NCBI RefSeq assembly: GCF_018398935.1
Contig: NZ_CP074694.1
Coordinates: 5,040,001 to 5,072,000, forward strand
Reading direction: 5' to 3'
Length of the DNA stretch: 32,000 bases
DNA from: Telmatocola sphagniphila
Lineage (GTDB): Bacteria; Planctomycetota; Planctomycetia; Gemmatales; Gemmataceae
This document shows positions 23,310 through 29,382 of this stretch, piece by piece. Below the pieces are notes generated by a model. It was not told where the DNA came from, made no database searches, and was given only the letters and a program-made list of their open reading frames with translations. Made by a program: the position numbers and the translations under genes. Positions within the stretch are counted from its first letter, which is position 1, and each line of letters opens with the position of its first letter.

Positions 23310-25055
23310 TCATAGACCTTTTCTTCGCTTCAGCTCGCTCTTTACCTCTTCAAAACCCTGGCAATTGAAGATATCCTTCGCTTCCAGCCAGCCTCGCCGC
23401 GCTTCAAAAATCCCATTCTCGATATAGCGCAAATCGACCGGGGAGTGCGCGTCCGGATTGATGACGAGCGGAACGCCGAGCTTCTTGGCCTGCTTAATGT
23501 GCTTCCAGTCCAGATCCAACCGCAGGGGATTGGCATTGATCTCGATCATCTTCGTGTGCTTCGCGGCACACTCGATCACGGCATCCTGATCCAGGCGATA
23601 GGCATCGCGCCGCAGTAACAGCCGACCGGTAGCGTGGCCGAGCATCGTCACAAATGGATGTGCCAGGGCTTTACAGATCCGCGCGGTCATCTCTTCGAGC
23701 GGCATCCCGAAGTGGGTGTGCACGCTGGCGACGACGTAATCGAATTCCGACAGGAGATCATCGTCGTAATCCAAAGTGCCGTCTTCGAGGATATCGCATT
23801 CGACCCCTTTGAATATCTGCACGCCCTTCAACTTTTTGTTCAGGGCATCAATCTCTTTGATCTGCTTGCGGGCCCGCGCGGGTGTCATGCCGTTGGCCAT
23901 CTTCAAATACTGCGAATGATCGGCGACTCCGAAATATTCGAGCCCCAAGTCCTTCGCGGCATTGGCCATTTCCTCGAGCGAAGCACTGCCATCGGAGTAG
24001 GTTGTGTGATTGTGGAACACGCCGCGCAGATCTTTGAGCTCGACCAACCGCGGAAGTTTGTGTTTCTCAGCCGCTTCGATTTCGCCGGAATCCTCGCGCA
24101 ACTCCGGAGGCACGTAACTGAGATCCAGCGCGGCGTAAATCTCCTTCTCGTCTTTGCATTTCACGTTCTTCTTCCCGGTGAGCGCATACTCGTTCAGAGA
24201 CAAGCCCCGCTCGATGGCGCGCTGTCGCATCCGGATGTTGTGTTCCTTGCTACCGGTAAAGTAGGCTAGAGCAAAGGGGAATTGCTCCTCGGTAACCACT
24301 CGCAAGTCGGCATTTAAAACGATCTGACCGACTTCCCCTTCGAGGTGCATGCCCGCCACGATCGACGATTTGGTTTCTCCGTGTCCCACCACCTGCATCA
24401 TTTCGGGAAGTTTCACGAAGGCCGCCATGATCGGTTTGGCGTCCTCAGAAGCGATGAGGATATCGATATCCTTGGTAGTCTCCCGACGTCGGCGAAGCGA
24501 ACCGCAGATTTCCGCCTTCTGCACACCCGGAAGAGCTTTCAGGTGCTCGAGAAGTTTTTGAGCCAACGGATAAGCCTGATCGAATCGAACGCGATTGCCC
24601 ACCGTATCAACGAAAGCAATTCCTTCCAAAATCTTCGCCTGCGTCTTCGCACCGAACCCTTTGAGATCGGCAACCTTGTTCTCCTCGCAGGCTTGCTTCA
24701 ATTTCTCCAGCGAGTCGATCCCCAGGTTATCGTAAAGCGCTTTGACTTTTTTCGGTCCGACGCCGGGCAGCTTCAGGAGCGCCCGCAACCCTTCCGGTAC
24801 CTTGGCCTGGAGTTCCTTCAGATAAGGTAACTCGTTAGTGGTTACCATCGTTTCGATCTTCTCGGCAATGGCTTTACCGATTCCGCGAATCCCTTCGAGT
24901 TCATTATTCTGGATCAGCGTTTTCAGATCGCCGTCGATTTGCGTCACGGCGCGGGCGGCATTCCGGTAGGCATTGCACCGAAATACATTCTCCCCCTGCA
25001 GCTCGAGAAGGGTGGCAATCTCTTCGAACACGGCGGCAATATCGTCTTTAGTCAT
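23310..25055 (-). CDS. polX: Family X DNA polymerase with C-terminal PHP phosphoesterase domain (PolX)
   Basis: 581-aa ORF. N-terminus 'IAAVFEEIATLLELQGENVFRCNAYRNAARAV' and HhH motifs ('LPGVGPKKVKAL', 'IRGIGKAIAEKI') are typical of bacterial PolX. 'GSLRRRRETTKDIDILI' is the nucleotidyltransferase motif. The PHP part includes 'GVFHNHTTYSDGS' and 'VADHS'. Confidence 0.9.
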   Translation of the reverse strand: MTKDDIAAVFEEIATLLELQGENVFRCNAYRNAARAVTQIDGDLKTLIQNNELEGIRGIGKAIAEKIETMVTTNELPYLKELQAKVPEGLRALLKLPGVGPKKVKALYDNLGIDSLEKLKQACEENKVADLKGFGAKTQAKILEGIAFVDTVGNRVRFDQAYPLAQKLLEHLKALPGVQKAEICGSLRRRRETTKDIDILIASEDAKPIMAAFVKLPEMMQVVGHGETKSSIVAGMHLEGEVGQIVLNADLRVVTEEQFPFALAYFTGSKEHNIRMRQRAIERGLSLNEYALTGKKNVKCKDEKEIYAALDLSYVPPELREDSGEIEAAEKHKLPRLVELKDLRGVFHNHTTYSDGSASLEEMANAAKDLGLEYFGVADHSQYLKMANGMTPARARKQIKEIDALNKKLKGVQIFKGVECDILEDGTLDYDDDLLSEFDYVVASVHTHFGMPLEEMTARICKALAHPFVTMLGHATGRLLLRRDAYRLDQDAVIECAAKHTKMIEINANPLRLDLDWKHIKQAKKLGVPLVINPDAHSPVDLRYIENGIFEARRGWLEAKDIFNCQGFEEVKSELKRRKGL

Positions 25056-25224
25056 TCCTTAATTGTGGCAGATTGCAATGGGAGGGCAAAGCAAAATTTG
25101 ATTGGAGAAGCCTGCCGCGGCCTATCGTAGACCGGGTTGCCATCGGAGGATCAACAAACTCTATGACTGACGGCTTTGCAGAGATGAGTTTTTCATTTTC
25201 CCAGCGACGCTACCGATAGAGCAA

Positions 25225-25247
25225 TGCCCACGGCCTAACCGTGGGCA
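25225..25247 (-). terminator. Intrinsic terminator candidate for the PseG-like gene
   Basis: tgcccacgg / ccgtgggca forms a 9-bp perfect stem with a 5-nt loop, 30 nt downstream of the stop at 25277. On the minus strand it is followed by 'uugcucuauc'. Confidence 0.45.
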
Positions 25248-25276
25248 ACCAGTTGAACTTCGCAATGCGTTGGACC

Positions 25277-26359
25277 TTACGCGGCCAATCGCATCTTCTG
25301 GGCTGGTACCACCGAGTGCAGCATGATTTCCAGTGCGGCCACCATGCGATCCAGGCCGCGGCCGTCGATCAGGTTTCGCCCGCAGCGGCTCATGCCGGCC
25401 CGCTCGAGAGGATCATCGAGTAAAGCATTACCGGCATCGCGTAGCATGAGCTCGCTGACGTTATCGGCTTCGCCGAGGTAGATGGCGGCGCCTTCCTCAT
25501 CCATGCGCTTCGAGTTGGCCCGATGCTTTTGTGTGGCGTTGATAATCAGTTGCGGCACGCCGACACAAGCCAGTTCCAGCGCCCAGCTGCAGCCGCCCGT
25601 CACGGCAAAGTGGGCTTTGGTCAATCGAGTGGCCCATTCGCCCGGTTCGGTGAGAACCTCGAGCCGGTTGCCGCTTCTGGAAGCGAGGGCTTTTAATTCT
25701 TCCATCTGCGGGTAGTGGAATCGAGCGAAGGCAGAGACCTTTTCGACTCGAGAACCATTCAGCAATTCGGTCGCCCGTCGCACGGTCTGATTATTGAAAT
25801 CGTCATCGCCGAAGGCCAGGATTGCCCGAAAAGGTCCTTGGGGATCAGCCGGGCGAATCGCCCGTTGCCGTCGGAAGATCCCGCGGACGATGGCGTAGCG
25901 TTTGCCTATGCACAGTTGCGTGCCGCGTTCGATGTCGTAATCACTCACCCCCGGCTCCATGAACGGATTCACGATCAGTCGACTGGGGAAGCGAATCGAA
26001 TTAGTATTGGTTAGCGAGGTAACGACAGTGCCCGTGGAAGCGAGTTCCCGGAGATATTCCTCCTGGATGTTCTCACCGGCCACGACGACGCCCGCCGCTT
26101 TTAACTTGCGAACGGCGCGAATGGTCTCGTCGCAGTCTTCCGACGTACCTATCGGATGATTGGCCATCAGATACTCGTTGCCGTTTCTTGCCACCTGGGC
26201 AATCAGCGGAAACGGTTCGATGCCACCCATGATATAGATCGGTCGACGTTGCCTTTGGCAACTCGAAGCGAAGGTGACGGTTTGATACAGATTCTCCCAT
26301 CCTTGAGTGGAATCCGCATCGCAACGAAACAGAATCGGGTAACGGTCCATGCGCAACAA
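25277..26359 (-). CDS. PseG/SpsG-like GT-B fold protein (glycosyltransferase-28 C-terminal-like; possible UDP-sugar hydrolase)
   Basis: 360-aa ORF. The N-terminus 'ILFRCDADSTQGWEN' resembles the PseG 'lFRaDas..iG.GH' start, with GH replaced by EN. 'LCIGKRYAIVRGIFRR' and 'AHFAVTGGCSWALELACVGVPQLII' resemble the PseG/MurG C-terminal nucleotide-sugar binding half. The family assignment is tentative. Confidence 0.55.
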   Translation of the reverse strand: MLRMDRYPILFRCDADSTQGWENLYQTVTFASSCQRQRRPIYIMGGIEPFPLIAQVARNGNEYLMANHPIGTSEDCDETIRAVRKLKAAGVVVAGENIQEEYLRELASTGTVVTSLTNTNSIRFPSRLIVNPFMEPGVSDYDIERGTQLCIGKRYAIVRGIFRRQRAIRPADPQGPFRAILAFGDDDFNNQTVRRATELLNGSRVEKVSAFARFHYPQMEELKALASRSGNRLEVLTEPGEWATRLTKAHFAVTGGCSWALELACVGVPQLIINATQKHRANSKRMDEEGAAIYLGEADNVSELMLRDAGNALLDDPLERAGMSRCGRNLIDGRGLDRMVAALEIMLHSVVPAQKMRLAA

Positions 26360-26786
26360 TCCCTTGTTGGACTTAGGGGGAAAGGTACTCGAAACGTAGC
26401 CCGGCCACCGACTGCCGCGCGATTTAAGGCGTGGAAGTTCGAAGCGTCACGAGCTGACGGGATCGATCGTACCTTTGGTCCATTTTTGGGGTGCTTTGAT
26501 TCTTCCACCGGTGAGATTTGACAGTTTCCGGGGAATCTCTCGACACCTCTTCTCTGCGGGTCATCCAGACCCGTTGCAGATGGTTCCGGCCATCCGCGAG
26601 AGCTATTCAACATGAAAATGTTTTTCTTGGGAAGAGCAACTTCGCATACGTCGACAAGGATTCCCGGCGTGCCGCAAAGCTCGCTTTCCTTCAAGTGGAC
26701 TTGCAGGAAAAGCGGCTTGGGGTATAAGCCGACCGACGGGCGAATCTGGTAAAGGATATCGCCGCTTTACGGTGGAAACCGGTACC

Positions 26787-26802
26787 TGTTCCATGTGGAA
26801 CA
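26787..26802. promoter_or_regulatory. parS-like site 1 (TGTTCCA-TG-TGGAACA)
   Basis: 7-bp perfect inverted arms around a 2-nt centre. It resembles the canonical parS tGTTtCAC-GTGaAACa and lies 194 nt upstream of parB. Confidence 0.55.
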
Positions 26803-26881
26803 GGAGGGATAGGCCCATTTTGGGGTTAAGCGGGGTTCCAGGGGACTCCGCAAAGATAACAAAATGGACTACCTGGAGAAC

Positions 26882-26895
26882 GTTCCACGTGGAAC
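26882..26895. promoter_or_regulatory. parS-like site 2 (GTTCCACGTGGAAC, perfect 14-bp palindrome)
   Basis: Perfect palindrome that differs from the canonical parS core GTTTCACGTGAAAC by one symmetric T>C / A>G change. It lies 101 nt upstream of parB. Extra half-sites occur at 26772-26779 (gtggaaac) and 26835-26840 (gttcca). Confidence 0.6.
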
Positions 26896-26995
26896 CACCT
26901 ACACGGAATCCATCGCGTTTTTCCGACTAGCGTAACTCGAGGAGGGGGATACCTCGAAGTGGGCTGGCCGGTTCGGAAGAGGGGGAAACACTATC

Positions 26996-27817
26996 ATGCA
27001 GACCGTATCGATTAATTCCGAACATCCCGTTCAACAATTGCCATTAAGCCAAATATCGCACAATCCACGCCAGCCGCGCAAGACCTTCGACGATGAGGAA
27101 CTTCTGCGTCTGAGCGAAAGCATTCGCAATCACGGCATCCTGCAACCGCTGGTGGTTCGCAAAGCCGGGGAAGATCAGAACCAATACCAGCTGATTGCCG
27201 GGGAACGTCGGCTGCGGGCCGCGCATCTGGTTGGCTTGCCCAACGTGCCGGTTCACATCGTCGACTTCAACGATCAGCAGGTGTTCGAAGCGGCCCTGGC
27301 CGAAAACATCCAGCGCGCCGATTTGAATCCCATCGAGAAGGCGCAAGGCTTTCAGGACTATCTCGACAAGTTTCAGTTGAACAAAGATCAGCTGGCTCAG
27401 AAGCTGGGAATGGATCGCACCACGGTCAGCAATATCGTTTCGCTGCTGACCATGCCGCGGGAAGTGCAGGACGCCTTGCGCCTGGGCCAGATCACCATCG
27501 GGCACGCCAAGGTCCTGAAGGGAATGAGTGCCGAGCGGCAGGTGGCCCTCTGCAAAGACGCCGTGCTCCGACAGCTGAGTGTCAAGGCCCTCGAACTACT
27601 GGCCCGCAGTGCCAAGACTTCCAAATCCAGCCGGGGCAAAGCGACTGAGACCGAACAGTTCAAGACTCCACACGTTACCAGCATCGAAGACAGTCTCCGC
27701 CAGAAGCTGGCGACGAAATTCGAAATCAAGCTGAAGGATAAAGAGAAGGGCTCGATCATCATCCACTTCGAAAACAACGATGACTTCGAGCGAATCGTGG
27801 AAGCCCTGCAGAAATGA
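26996..27817 (+). CDS. parB: Chromosome partitioning protein ParB (Spo0J family)
   Basis: 273-aa ORF with RBS 'ggggga' upstream. 'NPRQPRKTFDDEELLRLSESIRNHGILQPLVVRK' and 'YQLIAGERRLRAAHLVG' (the GERRxRA CTP-binding box), plus the HTH region 'QLAQKLGMDRTTVSNIVSLL'. Confidence 0.9.
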   Translation: MQTVSINSEHPVQQLPLSQISHNPRQPRKTFDDEELLRLSESIRNHGILQPLVVRKAGEDQNQYQLIAGERRLRAAHLVGLPNVPVHIVDFNDQQVFEAALAENIQRADLNPIEKAQGFQDYLDKFQLNKDQLAQKLGMDRTTVSNIVSLLTMPREVQDALRLGQITIGHAKVLKGMSAERQVALCKDAVLRQLSVKALELLARSAKTSKSSRGKATETEQFKTPHVTSIEDSLRQKLATKFEIKLKDKEKGSIIIHFENNDDFERIVEALQK

Positions 27818-27839
27818 TCGATCAAGTGCGGTAAACGAA

Positions 27840-27880
27840 AAAAGCCTCCGTAACATCACACGATGCTGCCGGAGGCTTTT
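27840..27880. terminator. Bidirectional intrinsic terminator between parB and the convergent thioredoxin-like gene
   Basis: aaaagcctccg (27840-27850) / cggaggctttt (27870-27880). The GC core stem is flanked by an A-run and a T-run, so it can serve both strands. It lies between the stops at 27817 (+) and 27895 (-). Confidence 0.7.
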
Positions 27881-27894
27881 ACTCTTTTCGGATC

Positions 27895-28548
27895 TTACTT
27901 TTCTTTCAGAAGCTCTTCGATCTTCTGTACGGACGGTTTCGAATAGTCGTGGCGTTTGGTCGCCAAAATGCCTTCTACCGTGTAACGCAACTTTCCCTTG
28001 CGATCTATCAATGCGAAAGAAGGTGTGAACACATTCGAATTGGGTTTGCTGCTATCGGTCTTCCCCATCACCGCTCGCAGGTACGAATCATCGTTGCTGA
28101 AGATAGTGGGGTAATCATATTCCAGCTGCTTGGCTCGGTCGAAAGCTCTCTTATCAAAAGACTTGGCCTCCAATCGCATCTGTGCCTGAACTTCGGGAGA
28201 CTGACTTCGGAAGAACTCATCGTTGGAGAGCAATTCGATTGGGGGAACGTGTACGCCAATGATCACCAGGCCGCTCGACTCATAATCGCGCTTCCACTTG
28301 ATGTAGTGAGCGATACTCAGTTCGCAGTCGGCGTTCTCCACCGTCCAGAAGTGCAGCAAAATGACTTTCTTCGGATAGTTCTTCAGGAAGATTTGCTTCG
28401 GAGACCCATACCAGTTGAACTTACTGGGGATCTCAATCGACGTTTTATCGACTTTGGTAATCTTCGGACCATCCTCAGATTTGGCATCCTCGCAGGAACC
28501 AAACGAGCAGAAGGACAGGACCAGAGCCAGTGACATCAGAATTTTCAT
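27895..28548 (-). CDS. Secreted thioredoxin-fold (TlpA/redoxin-like) protein with degenerate active site (NxxC)
   Basis: 217-aa ORF. Signal peptide 'MKILMSLALVLSFCSFGSC' (possible lipobox). 'KKVILLHFWTVENADCELSIAHYIKWKRDYESSGLVIIGVHVPP' aligns to the redoxin pattern 'FWATWCxxC...G..vigV', with the first Cys replaced by Asn (NADC, nt 28324-28335). The ATG overlaps the upstream stop (ATGA at 28545-28548). Confidence 0.7.
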   Translation of the reverse strand: MKILMSLALVLSFCSFGSCEDAKSEDGPKITKVDKTSIEIPSKFNWYGSPKQIFLKNYPKKVILLHFWTVENADCELSIAHYIKWKRDYESSGLVIIGVHVPPIELLSNDEFFRSQSPEVQAQMRLEAKSFDKRAFDRAKQLEYDYPTIFSNDDSYLRAVMGKTDSSKPNSNVFTPSFALIDRKGKLRYTVEGILATKRHDYSKPSVQKIEELLKEK

Positions 28549-29321
28549 CGATCACTCTCCACGGTAGACGATTTCGCTTGCGCAGGTTCTTTGGCAGTAT
28601 TAAGCAGTTTCGACCGTTCTAGAAATCCCCGGATCGTTGCGGCATCCACCGAGTAGATGGTCTTCTCCCGCCCGGCAATCACCAAGGCGAGCAGTTCGCC
28701 CGCTTCGTTGCGGACGGCTCCGCCGCTGAATCCAGCGCCCAGTTCCGATTTAGCCGTCGAGATCAGCGTGTGAGTATCCAGGGCTTGCCCACCCGGCCAA
28801 ACCCATTTGGCCGGCTCCACTTTTCCTGCGGTCCCCTCGACTCGCTGCCAAACCAAGTTTTTCTCAAACGGGTTCCCATCGAAATATAGCTTGGATTCCG
28901 GAGTAAGGGGAGCGGTGGCCAGAGGAATCGCCTTCGCCTCTTTGGGAAGTTGTTTCAGGCGAATCAAAGCCAGGTCGTGCGCGGGCTCGCTGTAAACCAC
29001 TTCTGCCGGTATCGCTTCCTTGTTCATGAACAGATGCTGATACTTCAGCGGATTGGAATCGATCTCTTTTTTGTCCTTCTGCTCGAACTCGATACTCAAC
29101 GCCTGCAAGCGGTGACTGTTGACGATGCTGTGGTACGAAGTGATGGCCAGACGACCAGGAACGTCGATGATGGTCGCCGTGGCGTGGCTCGCACCCCGAT
29201 TCGTATCGGACCGGATCAGGAGTAGCGACTCCGTCTGTTCCACCTTCAGCGTGTTAAACGGCGAAGGGGGAAGCGGATCCGGGAAGCAGCACAAAAGAAG
29301 TAGTGAAGTGAGGAAGTTCAT
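28545..29321 (-). CDS. Secreted trypsin-like (S1/Trypsin_2) serine protease
   Basis: The ORF opens at TTG 29333; ATG 29321 gives 'MNFLTSLLLLCCFPDP', a signal-like N-terminus. Candidate triad: His in 'ITSYHSI', Asp in 'HDLALIRL', Ser in 'GAGFSGGAV'. Same domain organisation as the protease at 8825-9568. Confidence 0.7.
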   Translation of the reverse strand: MNFLTSLLLLCCFPDPLPPSPFNTLKVEQTESLLLIRSDTNRGASHATATIIDVPGRLAITSYHSIVNSHRLQALSIEFEQKDKKEIDSNPLKYQHLFMNKEAIPAEVVYSEPAHDLALIRLKQLPKEAKAIPLATAPLTPESKLYFDGNPFEKNLVWQRVEGTAGKVEPAKWVWPGGQALDTHTLISTAKSELGAGFSGGAVRNEAGELLALVIAGREKTIYSVDAATIRGFLERSKLLNTAKEPAQAKSSTVESDR

Positions 29322-29382
29322 GGCACAGTGCAAAAAAATACGGATCGAATGGGCATCCGATCCGTAAGGGTTAAAAATTCGA

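Noticed and set aside
26433-26445. 'GGAAGTTCGAAGC', a T-loop-like GTTCGAA motif suggesting a tRNA or tmRNA in the parB upstream region
   Set aside because: I could not build a T-stem, acceptor stem or anticodon arm around it. No cloverleaf is evident, and the motif alone is too short to mean anything.
26787-26802. Reading TGTTCCACA (reverse strand of parS-like site 1) as a DnaA box marking oriC
   Set aside because: It has two mismatches to TTATCCACA. I saw no cluster of further boxes or an AT-rich unwinding element, and the inverted-repeat symmetry fits parS better. Origin proximity remains only a possibility, noted under the parS finding.
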